Below are positions 27,878 through 41,899 of a stretch of 64,000 nucleotides of DNA, in pieces; positions within the stretch are counted from its first letter, which is position 1; the number at the start of each line of letters is the position of its first letter. The notes beneath the pieces were generated by a model. The model searched no databases. It saw nothing but the letters and a program-made list of their open reading frames with translations, and was not told where the DNA came from. The position numbers were made by a program, and so were the translations under genes. The stretch lies in contig OZ024741.1 in the NCBI GenBank assembly GCA_964016885.1, forward strand, positions 344,410,001 through 344,474,000. The letters are read 5' to 3'. This DNA is from Eledone cirrhosa (Eukaryota).

Positions 27878-28046
27878 GTTTCTACTATTGGCACAAGGCC
27901 AGCAAATACCCAGTGCATTACTGGAACTTTATTTTATCGACCCCATAAGGATGAAAGGGAAAGTTAACCTCGGAGGGATTTGAACTCAGAATGGCAAGGG
28001 CCGTAACTCTATGCGTAACTCTACCGATACTGCCAATCTACCACCT
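26290..28046. mobile_element. Cluster of octopus-type tRNA-SINEs: about 26300-26600, 26940-27120, 27130-27260, 27345-27540 (+) and 27878-28046 (-)
   Basis: Same GTTCAAATCCCGCCGAGG...TTTCATCC...GTCGATAAAATAAAGTACCAGT core as the 13335-14160 cluster. Confidence 0.8.
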
Positions 28047-28407
28047 TTATATATATATATATATGTGTGTGTGTGTATATATATAATCCACAATTTCCTT
28101 CGACGAAAGCGGCATGGTAGGGTGGTACATTTAGTAGTAACTAAAGTGACCTTTTAAAATTTAACCTATCATGTTTCCACTGAGATATAAATTGAGTTTG
28201 ATTTCTATGACGTGTATGAGAATGTGTGGATGCGTTGTGAAACAATAGGTATTATATCTACATACGCATGGGGAAGCTTGTCTCTACGTTGTTGTGTGTA
28301 TGTTCTGTATCTGTGTGTGTAAGAGTGTATAAACCGATTTAGAAGGACGGGTATAAACCGATTTAGAGGCACATCTCACGCACTCTATCCCTATCTATCT
28401 ATCTATC

Positions 28408-28481
<74 letters not shown>

Positions 28482-28482
28482 A

Positions 28483-28562
<80 letters not shown>

Positions 28563-28570
<8 letters not shown>

Positions 28571-28806
28571 GCAAGGTTGAAGAATTATTAGTTAAAATAT
28601 ATACAGTATTTCCTCACCCTAGTCCGTATAAATCAACCACATAAATAATCATTTAAACGAGGCTATAAGTTTAAAATGTAACTATGAAGAAGTAATAGAC
28701 AAATGATACAGACTAAATGATTATTTATGTGGTTGATTTCTACGGACTAGGGAGAGGAAATACTGTATCAATTTTATCTAATAGTTCTTCAAACTTGCAA
28801 TTTTAT
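28563..28806. repeat. Fold-back element with arms of about 92 bp, next to (TA)n
   Basis: 28563-28655 is the imperfect reverse complement of 28714-28806. It is followed by CTCTGATGAATGATTATTT. Confidence 0.8.
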
Positions 28807-28865
28807 ATATAGCTCTGATGAATGATTATTTGCTTAATCAATTCTTCATTGAGCCGCACCGTGAA

Positions 28866-29168
<303 letters not shown>

Positions 29169-29199
29169 AACATCCAGTTAATAATACGACGAATTACAT

Positions 29200-29665
29200 T
29201 CTCGGAGTGAAAATCAGTGCGTGACCTGGAGATCGATATGCGCAAATAGCATGATAGCTATGTGCAGAACATTCCCGGATGATTTCCTGAGATCATTGAG
29301 AACAATAGACGGGAAATTCTGTTGGAAAATATTTGACCTCTGCTTTCTGTACTATTGCTCTCATCAATGGTCATTCCATAGCTATAAATCTACTGCGGAA
29401 CTCGAATCAATGATACTACTCCTAGAAGTTTGCCTTAATGAAGCAAATGAGATACTGGAAGAGGCTGAAAGAACTAAGACATTAGTCTCTGGAGCGATGA
29501 CATAAAATGCGTGCAGTTATTGGCACTTCCAAGACCCTGGAAATGTTAGCACCAAATTTTAGGATTGAGAGCTATACCTAAACAGTGCACGACTGCTTAA
29601 TGCAAAAAAGCCACGATTGCCATTAATACTAAAAGCCAGATATTGCAATAATTTGGAGTGCAAAG
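29200..29665 (+). mobile_element. CR1/L2-type LINE RT C-terminal remnant
   Basis: SVRDLEI, LYYCSHQWS, AELES and RYWKRLKEL..SLER across frameshifts match the CR1-like motifs LDYCS..WSP and Y..RLK.L.L.SLERRR. Confidence 0.65.
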
Positions 29666-29702
29666 ACACACATCTATTTATCTATCTATCTATATCTATG
29701 AA

Positions 29703-29822
<120 letters not shown>

Positions 29823-29944
29823 CACACACACACACATATATATATATTCTAGAAGTAGTGTCATTGGATATATATATATATATTATAGTAATAAACGAAA
29901 GATATAACTTTATAACATCACTATTTATTTAATTATATAGATTT

Positions 29945-30195
29945 CGGGGATGCAAATATTTATGTTTAACATAAATCAGAGCATGCCTTCTTCAGAGAAA
30001 ATACACATAAGATGTATGAATTTGTTGATGATATACTCGCAAGAACAATCTTTACAGATCAGTGACAAGCCTTTAACTCATTGTTTAAACCACAAACCCT
30101 CCATCTCAATTCTACTTTTGAAAAGCACAAGAACTGCGAAACCGGTAAAGGGACCAAGTAAATATTCTTAAAAAGACTGCAGTTACATTTTCGAT
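29945..30195 (+). mobile_element. PLE reverse transcriptase remnant
   Basis: Manual translation gives ANIYV*...MYEFVDDILA, resembling PLE RT ANIYM...RYVDDI. Confidence 0.55.
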
Positions 30196-30210
30196 TTCAT
30201 CTTTTTTCCT

Positions 30211-30323
<113 letters not shown>

Positions 30324-30613
30324 AAAAATAGACTGAGAAACAGGAAAAAGTCCGTCATCAGTAGTGTGCTGATTCTCATTGGTATTTCTTCGCATTAAAG
30401 AGTAGATACCTAAAATCAGTGCGAGCGATAACTAAATTAAGTTATCGGGACAGAGGAAAGTGAACAAACAACATGGTAGTAACGCAACGTAAAGAGAGGA
30501 AAAGAGAGACAAGTCAATGAATTTTGTGGGCTTAAGTCCGACAAATCAAATGACGAGAAGAAAATAGACGCGTCCTAGCCACGAAAAAGGTGAGAGAGGA
30601 AAGAATATATATG

Positions 30614-30695
<82 letters not shown>

Positions 30696-30867
30696 AATCT
30701 ACCAAAATATACGGTAGTGTCCAATCCGTATGAAGAACTCTTTTCGATGAAAATGAAAATCACAGGAAAACAGATACAAGATAAATTAATAAAAACAATG
30801 TTTCTTTGTTTTTACTCATTGTTTTATTCATTGTTTTATTCATTGTTTTTATTCATTGTTTTCATTA

Positions 30868-30960
<93 letters not shown>

Positions 30961-30962
<2 letters not shown>

Positions 30963-31124
30963 AAATTAAGATAAATCAAAGTGAATTTAATCTAAATCAA
31001 AATTATGGGTGTCATGCCAGAAAGGCATGCGCCATATCACCCGGGTGATATGGTGCATGCCTTTCTGGCATGTCACCCATAATTTTGATTTAGATTAAAT
31101 TCACTTTGATTTATCTTAATTTTG
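30961..31124. repeat. Near-perfect 82-bp-arm palindrome without a spacer, adjacent to (TA)n
   Basis: Centred on CCC|GGG at 31042/31043 with only a few mismatches. Confidence 0.92.
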
Positions 31125-31551
31125 GATATAGATATATAAATACGGCTCCTTAATTGTAGAGCTAACTCTGTTGAAAGGACTTGACTGCTGTTTCTAGTTG
31201 TCGATAACCCTGTTCACGCCACTGGGACGAAGCTGGTATGATGTGTGTATTTTTAGTAGATACAGCACGTGTTACTGGCCAGTCGCAGATTTGAACTTAA
31301 TGCGTAAACACAGATGGCTGGACTTCTTCCTTGTTGAAAATCCAAGTATCGACCTCCGATTAATTGGTGAAATATATTTCTTTAATGGAATATATACAGG
31401 GAAGATTAATCGTATTATAAGGTATCTATTTTTGAAGTTCTAGTCAACTTTATTTAGTTACCTACCTAGCTATGTGTGCTTACACACTTGTAAAAATTAT
31501 CCCCTGTGATTGTTTCATATGTTTATTTATATGTTAATCAATTTCTAGTTG

Positions 31552-31593
<42 letters not shown>

Positions 31594-31719
31594 GTAGGAG
31601 GTCAGTTTTATTGTAGTACAATAAAGCAATGCAGATATCGGATAAGAAGCACTCTACAGTTTGTAGGACTGGAGTATACATAATATATAAGATCAAAAGA
31701 TGGTTAAAAGAGTTCCATG

Positions 31720-31790
31720 TATTTTATTATGCGCATTTCAAAAACAAATATCATCATGCAATAACATTTGTGTTTTCATCAGATAAAATA
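31720..31790 (-). ncRNA. Type I hammerhead ribozyme
   Basis: Exact inverted copy of 34209-34279. Confidence 0.85.
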
Positions 31791-32623
31791 GGAAGACATG
31801 ATATGAAGGTTAAAAAACACTTGTGGATAGTGCAGTTTTAAATCAACATATGAAAAGTAGTTTTAGATTGGTGTGTGATATTGGGAAGAAAAAAAATGTT
31901 GAGGGGGGGGGATGAAAAAGAGGAGGAGATGAGAGTAAAAAGTGGAGGGGGAGGAGTATAATGAGGAAGGATGAGATAGGAGGATAGATGGGTGATAGAG
32001 AGAGAGAGATAGCTTTTATAACTGAGAAAAACATATTGTTTTACATAGAGAGGTTGAAAAACCGTTGGAAGATAATGTATAAATTAAAAGAATTTGAAAA
32101 TTAACGAAGAGAAAAATAATGTAAAGTTAAGGTTTGTATATTGAAGGGTTTAATAATGTGTGCGATGAAAAGAAGTTGTTAATATGTATTAAGAATAATA
32201 TTTAAGGATTTAATAATATGTGCGATTGAAAAAAAATGTTGATATGTATTATTAAAAATAGTAAAGGATATATTATGAAAAAAGTAGAGGATAGGATGAA
32301 ATAGATGAGCATGAAAGTGAGAAAAAAATAATGAATTGAGGATGAATAATCTAACGTCAAAAAAATATTTATGTTTACGAAGGATTTTTTCAAGGTGATA
32401 TAAAGTAAGAATATATTGTATTGTGTAATAATTGTTTCTATGTTAGGCACAGTGAGAAAACGGTACAGATTAGGTGTTAGAAATTAAAAGAAAAAGAAAT
32501 GAAAAGGAAAAGGAAGAAAGGGAAGTGATAAATAGGAGTGATATAGAATGAGTAACAAGTATCATATAATGTATAATAAATAACTTTGAAATAAGGTAGA
32601 AAGATGGGTATATTTTTAAAGAA

Positions 32624-32654
<31 letters not shown>

Positions 32655-32916
32655 CCTTTGAGAAAAGGATTCTAAATTGATAAAGTATTGGATATTAGCT
32701 GTATACTTTATGGAATGTTCTGTGGAATTTATGCAAGCAGAGAGAAAACAAGTCAGTGCGTCTATTTATTATAGAATCTAAATTAGATATAATGGTAAAT
32801 TTTTCATTTAGACAGAGATTGCAAGTCTTGGATAGAGAACTGTTCAAGTATAGAGAAGCAGAAGAAACCTTTTTCCAAGAGATGTTATATTTAATATTTT
32901 TGTCTTTCAAGGACCA

Positions 32917-33243
32917 TATTTTGGCTCCACTTCTACCTCCTTTAAAGCTCGTCTTTATAATCATCATTCGTCTTTTAAATACCAACTTAAAAGAACCAAC
33001 ACGGCTCTCTCAGAACTCATATGGTCCTTGAGAGACAAAAATATTAAATATAACATGTCTTGGAAAAAGGTTTCTTCTGCTTCTCTATACTTGAACAGTT
33101 CTCTATCCAAGACTTGCAATCTCTGTCTAAATGAAAAATTTACTATTATATCTAATTTAGATTCTATAATAAATAGACGCACTGACTTGTTTTCTCTCTG
33201 CTTGCATAAATTCCACAGAACATTCCATAAAGTATACAGCTAA
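32917..33243 (+). pseudogene. GIY-YIG endonuclease C-terminal part (PLE)
   Basis: Open frame YFGSTSTSFKARLYNHHSSFKY..TALSELIWSLRD..SWKKV..CNLCLNEKFTII..IINRRTDLFSLCLH, truncated just at the YIG motif. Confidence 0.85.
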
Positions 33244-34208
33244 TATCTAATACTTTATCAATTTAAAATCCTTTTCTCAAAGGCACATATATATATACTT
33301 CTTTAAAAATTATACCCATCTTTCTACCTTATTTCAAAGTTATTTATTATACATTATATAATACTTGTTACTCATTCTATATCACTCCTATTTATCACTT
33401 CCCTTTCTTCCTTTTCCTTTTCTTTTCTTTTTCTATTAATTTCTAACCCCTAATCTGTACCTTTTTCTCACTGTGCCTAACATAGAAACAATTATTACAC
33501 AATACAATATATTCTTACTTCATATCACCTTGAAAAAATCCTTCATAAACATAAATATTTTTTTGACGTTAGATTATTCATCCTCAATTCATTATTTTTT
33601 TCTCACTTTCATGCTCATCTATTTCATCCTATCTTCTACTCTTTTTACAATATATCCTTACTTAGATTACCTTTGCTATTTTTAATAATACATATCAACA
33701 TTTTCTTTCAATCGCACATATTATTAAATCCTTAAATATTATTCTTAATACATATTAACATTTTCTTTCCATCGCACATATTATTAAACCCTTAAATATT
33801 ATTCTTAATACATATTAACAATTTCTTTTCATCGCACATATTATTAAACCCTTCAATATACAAACCTTAACTTTACATTATTTTTCTCTTCGTTAATTTT
33901 CAAATTCTTTTAATTTATACATTATCTTCCAACGGTTTTTCAACCTCTCTATGTAAAACAATATATTTTTCTCAGTTATAAAAGCTATCTCTCTCTCTCT
34001 ATCACCCATCCTATCTCATCCTTCCTCATTATACTCCTCCCCCTCCACTTTTTACTCTCATCTCCTCCTCTTTTTCATCCTTTCCACACCCCACCCCCTC
34101 AAAAAATGTTTTTCCCAATATTACACATCAATCTAAAACTACTTTTCATATGTTGATTTAAAACTGCACTATCCACAAGATTTTTTTAACCTTCATATCA
34201 TGTCTTCC

Positions 34209-34279
34209 TATTTTATCTGATGAAAACACAAATGTTATTGCATGATGATATTTGTTTTTGAAATGCGCATAATAAAATA
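34209..34279 (+). ncRNA. Type I hammerhead ribozyme
   Basis: TATTTTAT-CTGATGA-AAACACAAATGTTATT..GATATTTGTTTTT-GAAAT-GCGC-ATA-ATAAAATA, with a palindromic GCGC loop III. Confidence 0.85.
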
Positions 34280-34953
34280 CATGGAACTCTTTTAACCATC
34301 TTTTGATCTTATATATTATATATTTATATATATATATAATATATTGCCAAAATGTTTGGAAGTAGATTTTAAAATAGTATCTCGACATTATGTTATCCAA
34401 TATCTCAAATGAACTCACATTACAAGAAACTCAACTGGGATAACTATAGAATATTTAGCGATAATGAAGAAACAAGGCGCAAGCTTGTATTTAATAAAGA
34501 ATATGAGTAGGGATCGAAATTGTGAGTGTATGTCCCGTAAGGATGAAAGGCAAAGTTAACCTCGGTGGGAGTTGAACTCAGACCGTATAGGGCCGTAGCT
34601 CTATGCTGCAAAGCATGGTTTCCGACCCTCTACCGATACTGTTAATCTACACACTTACCTACCTAATAATAAAACTGAAGTGAGACACAACTTGTACGTG
34701 TGTTTTTATTGACATCATGACCCTCCCAAAGTATAAAGAATGAGTTTTACAATAGATTGGAAGCACTCAACAAAGATGGTTTTCCAGAGTTATTAATATT
34801 AATTCAAAATATTAACAAAATATTGTATGTATTATATATTTTACTCATGTTCTCAATATTAAGGTATATAAATATTGAGTTTTGTCATATATTACTCACT
34901 ACCATGACTGAATCTTAACCATCTACTATGTCAGGGTATGTCATGCATCATCT

Positions 34954-35020
34954 TATTTTATCTGATGAGGACGTACTGTTGAAGATAGCTCAGTACCTCT
35001 GAAATATGTATAATAAAATA
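34954..35020 (+). ncRNA. Type I hammerhead ribozyme
   Basis: Same sequence as 17180-17246, inside a related fold-back at 34735-35060. Confidence 0.8.
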
Positions 35021-35077
35021 TACTTGATCACAAGAATATCTATTTTGTTAATATTGTGAATTAATATATATATATAT

Positions 35078-35108
<31 letters not shown>

Positions 35109-35341
35109 CACACACATACATATATATATATACACACATACATATATATATATATCATATATATATTATATATATATATAAATATTATGCATATATGTAT
35201 GTATATATACATATACTTAGATATGTATATATATATATATACATACATATATAAGTATATGTATGTATATGTATGTATATATATTTGTATGTATGTGTAT
35301 ATATATGTATATATATATATATGTATATATATGTGTGTTTG

Positions 35342-35389
<48 letters not shown>

Positions 35390-35457
35390 AACTCAAATGT
35401 ATATATCAGAAAATGGAAATCTTATCAACATTATCATCATCATCATTATTATTATTA

Positions 35458-35521
<64 letters not shown>

Positions 35522-35752
35522 GAGGGTTTACAGTTTTTGTTTGTTTATTTGTTTTTGTTGTTGCTGTTGTTGTTGTTTTTATTCCTGTGACTTTAACTAT
35601 TAAGAAAAGGTCAAGTGTGTGTATAGCTTGGTTGTTTAGTAAAAGTTTCCTTAAGCTACTGGTAGAAGAAATCCAGGAAAAGGTTCTTTTCCAATACGAG
35701 GTTTCACAGACATTCTCAGACTTACTGAAAGGTCAACTCTACCGAAAGGTCA

Positions 35753-38325
35753 ATGGTGGTGGTGATGGTGGCGGCGGTAGTGGTGGTGATGTTGGTGGTG
35801 GTGGTGGTGGTGGTGGTGGTGGTGGTGGTGGTGGTGGTGGTGGTGTTGGTGGCTGTGTTTGTTGTGGTTGTGGTGGTACTTGTGGTGGTGTTGGTGGTTG
35901 TGGTTGTGGCAGTTGTGGTGGTGGTGGTAGTTGTGGTGGCGGTGGTGGTGGTGGTGGTAGCGGTGATGGTGCTGGTAGTAGTGGTGGTGGTGGCGGTGGT
36001 GGTGATGGTAGTGGTGGTGGTGGTGGTGGTAGTAGTGGTGGTGGTCGTGGTGGTGGTGGTGGTGGTGGTGGTGGTGGTGGTGGTGGCGGTGGTGGTGGTG
36101 GTGGCGGTGGTGGTTGTGCTAGTGGTGGCGGTGGTTGTTCTAGTGGTGGCGGTGGTTGTGATGGTGATGGTTGTTGTTGTTGTTGTTGTGGTGGTGGTGG
36201 TGGCGGTGGTGGTGATGGTAGTGGTGGTGGTGGTGGTGGTAGTAGTGGTGGTGGTCGTGGTGGTGGTGGTGGCGGTGGTGGTGGTGGTGGCGGTGGTGGT
36301 TGTGCTAGTGGTGGCGGTGGTTGTTCTAGTGGTGGCGGTGGTTGTGATGGTGATGGTTGTTGTTGTTGTTGTTGTGGTGGTGGTGGTGGTGGTGGTGGTG
36401 GTGGTGGTGGTGGTGGTGGTGGTGGCGGTGCTGGTGGCTGTGGTGGTGGTTGTGGTGGTGGTTGTGGTGGTGGTGGTGGTGGTGGTGGTGGTGGTGGTGG
36501 CGGCGGTAATGGCGTGATTTAGTTACCTTCAGATTATTGCTATAGCAACGACAACGCAAGATGATGTTTCAAAAAGATGTTGTTAACGTCCCAGTGTTAC
36601 TGTTGCGCATTGGTGTTGATGCTGGTGTTTGTGGTGGTGATGTTTCGTGAAGGTGGTGGTGATGGTGGTAATGTTGTTGGTTGTTGGTGCTGATGTTTAA
36701 GTAGCGTTGGTGGTGATGGTGGAGGTGATGATGGTGGTGATAGTTGTGGTGGTGGTAGCGATGGTGGTGTTGTTTCGTGAAGGTGGTGATATTTCATGAA
36801 GGTGGTGTTGATGGTGGTGGGGAGGGATAGTGCTGGTTGTGGTGGTGTTGTTTCGTGAAGGTAGGGATATTTCGTGAACGTAGTGGTTGTGGTGGTAATG
36901 TTGCTAGTGTTGGTGTTTAAGTGGTAGTGGTGATGGTGGTCGTGGTGGTGATGGTGGTGGGGATAGTGGTGGTGGTGGGGATAGTGGTGGTGGTGGTCTT
37001 GTTTCGTGAAGGTGGTGATATTTCATGAAGGTGGTAGTGATGATAATGTTGCTGGAGTTTGGTGTTTAAGTGGTTTGGTGGTTGTGGTGGTGTTGGTGGT
37101 GATGATGGTGATGGTGGTGTTGGTGGTGGTGGTTGTGTTTGGTGTTGGTGGTGGTTGTGTTTAGTGTTGGTGGTGGTGTTGGTGGTGGTGGTGGTGGTTG
37201 TGTTTGGTGGTGGTGGTGGTGGTTGTGTTTGGTGGTGGTGGTGGTGGTTGTGTTTGGTGGTGGTGGTGGTGGTGGTGGTGGTGGTTGTGTTTGGTGGTGG
37301 TGGTGTTGGTGGTGGTTGTGGTGGTGTTGGTGGTGATGATGGTGATGGTGGTGTTGGTGGTGGTGGTTGTGTTTGGTGTTGGTGGTGGTGGTTGTGTTTA
37401 GTGTTGGTGGTGGTGTTGGTGGTGGTGGTGGTGGTTGTGTTTGGTGGTGGTGGTGGTGGTTGTGTTTAGTGTTGGTGGTGGTGTTGGTGGTGGTGGTGGT
37501 GGTTGTGTTTGGTGTTGGTGGTGGTGGTTGTGTTTGGTGGTGGTGGTGTTGGTGGTGGTGGTGGTTGTGTTTGGTGGTGGTGGTGGTGGTGGTGGTGTTG
37601 GTGGTGGTGGTTGTGTTTGGTGTTGGTGGTGGTGGTTGTGTTTAGTGTTGGTGGTGGTGTTGGTGGTGGTGGTGGTGGTGGTTGTGTTTGGTGTTGGTGG
37701 TGGTGTTTGTGTTTGGTGGTGGTGGTGTTGGTGGTGGTGGTGGTTGTGTTTGGTGGTTGTGGTGGTGGTGTTGGTGGTGGTGGTTGTGTTTGGTGGTGGT
37801 GGTGGTGTTTGGTGTTGGTTGTCTTGTTGGTGTTGATAATGAAGATGGCTTTATTGTTGATATTGTGAGTGTTGACGTTGTTTGTGGTGGTGTTGTAGTG
37901 ATGGTATGCATGATGCTTGCGTTGTTGATGGTGGTGGTGGTGGTGGTGGTGTTGGTAGCGGGGGTAATGTTGGTGACGGTGCTGGTAGTGGTGGCGATGA
38001 TGGTGATGGTAGTGGTGTTGATGGTGGTAGTAATGGTAGTGGTGGTGGTGATGTCGGTAGTAGGGATGGTGATGGGAGTGGTGGTGGTGGTAATGATGGT
38101 GGTAGTGATGGTAGTGGTGGTGGTGGTGGTGGTGAGGTTGGTGGTAGGGATGGTGATGTCAGGGGCTGGTGGTGGTAATGATGATGGTAGTAATGGTATT
38201 GGCGGCGATGTTGGTGGTAGGGATGGCGATGTTAATGGTAGGGATGGTGATGGTAGTGGCAGTGGTGATGATGACAGTGGTAGTGGTGATGATGACAGTG
38301 GTAGTAGTGATGATGATTATAGTAA
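35753..38325. repeat. Degenerate (GGT)n-based low-complexity field with internal duplications
   Basis: GGT/GTT/GAT runs, a duplicated block of about 185 bp near 35990-36390, and recurring GGTTGTGTTTGGT units. Confidence 0.9.
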
Positions 38326-38903
38326 TGGAACTGATAGAGTGTGTTGTGTGTTTTGTCTTGACGTAATTTAATTTTTTAGGTGTGAGTAATGTTTTTGTTT
38401 TGTTTGGGCGGGGGGGGGGGGCATGTTTTTGTTTTCTTTAGGATTTTTTTTTCTTTTTCACAAATCGTATTAAACAGTTTTACGAGGAGGATGAGACTGA
38501 AATGTTATTGTACTTCAACGTAGACGTTACCGGACCTCGGCGGATCTTGACGAATCTTGACGGATCTTAATGAATCGTGCCGAAGAGTGCCTGATTCCGA
38601 TAGAGCGTGCCAGGTCAGGCCGGTCAGTATTGAGATTTACAACATTACGTGAGACGGTCAGTGTTCGATTGCTATTATCTATGTTGGACAGTGAAAGGCT
38701 ATATCGTGATTAGACCCGATTAAAAAGTTAGTATCTATAATAGACAAAGCAATCGTTGGTATTTTACTTAGAGGATTGTGATTTGCAGTGGTAAATGTCG
38801 ATAAAAGTAATCTAACAAAAACGTTTTTATTACAGTTAGTTGTCTTCCCAGCCGAATACTGGGTATTTGGTCACATAGGATATAGTGAACGTAAGTACGG
38901 TTG

Positions 38904-38983
<80 letters not shown>

Positions 38984-39214
38984 TACATATATATATATAA
39001 TATATATAAAATATATATAAAATAAAGAAAGTGTGGTAAGAAACCAGGTGGACCCATAACGCACCATCCGAACTGAGTTCGGATCTAGATGTCGAAACGG
39101 CAGGAGCTCAGCCGTCGGGGTCCTGACTCTTTTCCTATTACCCACTCTACTACCCTAAGTATCGAGTACTCTGGTGCGTTATGGTCCACCTGGTTTCTTA
39201 CCACACTTTCTTTG

Positions 39215-39328
<114 letters not shown>

Positions 39329-39382
39329 GTTAAAGAATGAAGAGTAACATGGTTGGCTGTACAATAAGGGGCTTTATTTAAA

Positions 39383-39493
39383 GTACTGACAATTGTTTCG
39401 TTGATCAAGTGAGTCTATAGTTCGCTAATCGTTTGAGGTTGCGTCACTCGATCTCCAATACATTATTTACCTCTGGTCAACACATCAGAGTAC
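39383..39493 (-). ncRNA. Type I hammerhead with long stem II insert and core variant CUGAUGU
   Basis: Reverse complement reads GTACT-CTGATGT-GTTGA...TCAAC-GAAAC-AATT-GTC-AGTAC. Confidence 0.6.
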
Positions 39494-39592
39494 GTAGATA
39501 TCCACGACGCAGAGTACTCACAACCTCTAACTGGATTACCTATAACGATAACTTGTTATCCCATATATATACGAGTATATATGCCCTTTTAG

Positions 39593-39808
39593 TGAAGGCG
39601 TGTGGCTGAGTGGTTAGAGAATTGGATTCGCAATCGTAAGGTTGTGAGTTCGATTCCTGGACCAGGCGATGCGTTATGTCCTTGAGCAAGACACTTTATT
39701 TCACGTTGCTCCTTCTACCTGGAGTTGCGACCGATAGATAGTATTAGCAATTGGAAAGACCAACGGAAACATTGTTCCCTCGGTCCGATTTGACGAAAGT
39801 CGATCGTA
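39593..39808 (+). mobile_element. tRNA-derived SINE, second family; truncated copies at 21488-21640 and 40254-40352
   Basis: A box TGGCTGAGTGG and B box GTTCGATTCC, then GTCCTTGAGCAAGACACTT and a 3' part shared with the other copies. Confidence 0.85.
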
Positions 39809-40046
39809 AAAAATAAAAAAAAATAAAAAATATTCCCTTTTATATTTATTCTCCTTATATGTAGAGAACAAAACGTTGTATCGCGCTGCTATTTTTACCG
39901 GCATGATCAACAAGTTTATAATATCCCGTTTTTACTTATGGCCTATTTTTGTGTATAGGTCACTTTAACGGCCTGACCCCATGCAACGGGCAGGAAGCGA
40001 TATATTCTCTTACTATGAGGCTTTATACCCTTATAGTATGGAAATA

Positions 40047-40114
40047 GCTGTCTGAAGATCTTGGAAATTCTCTGAATTTCCAATCTTTTGATTAGTGAAA
40101 CGGTCGGTAACAGC
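40047..40114 (+). ncRNA. Type I hammerhead-like motif
   Basis: GCTGT-CTGAAGA-..TTGGAAATT/AATTTCCAA..-GAAAC-GGTCG-GTA-ACAGC. The base of stem II is imperfect. Confidence 0.6.
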
Positions 40115-40186
40115 AATAGAACGGGTGAATATTTAAATCATTTTTTAATTTATTTAAAAGATTGTTTGATGATTACTTGTCCGTTC

Positions 40187-40256
<70 letters not shown>

Positions 40257-40558
40257 TACCTGGAGTTGCGATCGATAGATAGTATTAGCAATTGGAAAAA
40301 CCAATGGAAACATTGTTTCCTCGGTCTGATTTGACGAAAGTCGATCGTTCCTATTATATATATATAAGGGAAAGAAATTGAAAATGCAACTGGAGTACCG
40401 GTTTCACAGTTCTTATGATTATCAAAAGTAAAATTAATATGGAGTGTTTGTGTTTCTGTTGAGTGTGTGTTCCTGCGTTAATGATGGGCGTGAGAATGAG
40501 TACTCAATGCCGCAGTAGAGTTTACATATTCTTTATTTTGGCTCTGTGGTGAGTCTTG

Positions 40559-40845
40559 GTGGAGGCACGTGGCCTAGTGGTAAGGGTGTTGGACTTACGA
40601 TCATAATGTCGTGGGCTTGATTCCTGGGTTGCGTGTTGTGTTCTTGAGCAAAACACTTCATTTCCCGTTGCTCCAGTATACTCAGCTGACAATGAGTACC
40701 AGCAATAGCTGGAGGTTTAACCCTGCGAAGGACTGGCGTCCTGTCTAGGGGTAGTCTTGTACTCTCAGTCGCTTCACGCCATGAAACCGGGATAAGCACC
40801 GGCCAAATGAGCCTTCTGGCTTAAGACAGACTTTAGACTTTTTTA
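40559..40845 (+). mobile_element. tRNA-derived SINE (10723 family) with TSD
   Basis: 11-bp TSD GGTGAGTCTTG at 40548-40558 and 40846-40856. Confidence 0.9.
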
Positions 40846-41866
40846 GGTGAGTCTTGTTACTCTGGAATTTCACCTCTATATTCACAGGATCATCAGACAG
40901 ACTTAGAAAAATCAGCAAAGAGGGGACAAGACAACGAACGAAACAAGGGAAAACAAAAAATAATTTTTTGAGGGGAAACCTTAAAAAAATGTTTTATAAA
41001 ATAAAAATACAAACGATTGACACAGAACTCCAGGGTCACCGGCTGTTGGGATTGACTTTGGCAGTTTCGACCCCTACCCATGGTACTACTGGTCCACCCG
41101 GGGTCACAGCGTCTGATGAAACAATTTCCCAAATATTATATGTTTTATATATATAGTACAAAATACTATGTGTTTCTCTAATGATATATGGATCTTTCTC
41201 TCCCTATATATATATACATATATTTTTATAATTTGAATTATTGATGCTCTGAACAAACGTCCATTGAGCTTTTCTGCTGAGAAACATAATCATAATACAT
41301 ATTATATATGTTATCATACTCTAAATTAGTATATATCTGCTCCAAATTCTGAATTTGTTGAGCTGCCTGTGCTGTGACTGGCACATCGCACCTCGAGGTA
41401 TGGATTGACTACTTCTCGGAACACAACAGATATAAAGGCATTTAGTACTTTATTGGAACTTATACTAAGACGATTTCCTCTGAAAATTAGTTTCGCGTTT
41501 TACGTAGCTCTACCAAAATCGATAGTTAGTAATCGATGATCGATTGCTTCGATAGATCTTGGCTTCGGTTTAGGAACTATCAAACGGTGGCCGTAAGGAA
41601 AATAACTTTTCCACCTTAAAATATATACTGTTTCCCTAATATTATATGCTTTAAATATATGTAGAAAATAGTATGTGTTAAATGGCTCTTTCTCATATAT
41701 ATTTTAATTTGAATTATATATATATATATGAGGAGTGTATTGAGAAAGCCATAGGGAGTGTGATGAAAGAGCTTTGGCGATACAACCACCCAGTAAGTAG
41801 ATTAATTACTCAACTAAATATAAACTGAAGTGAAACTCAACTGGAGCGTATATGAGGTTCTAGTTG

Positions 41867-41899
<33 letters not shown>

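Larger units (their letters stand above)
31680..34320. mobile_element. 5'-truncated Penelope-like element with a large inverted duplication (arms about 1.25-1.3 kb)
   Basis: 31680-32919 is the reverse complement of about 33019-34320. It contains the GIY-YIG C-terminus, a long 3' UTR and a hammerhead near each outer end. Confidence 0.9.

Noticed and set aside
35263-36522. 419-aa Gly/Cys-rich ORF resembling a structural protein
   Set aside because: It is stitched from (TA)n, (TAT)n and (GGT)n microsatellites and has no credible start context.
39593-39670. Possible tRNA gene
   Set aside because: It has A/B boxes but no acceptor stem closure and continues into a SINE body.
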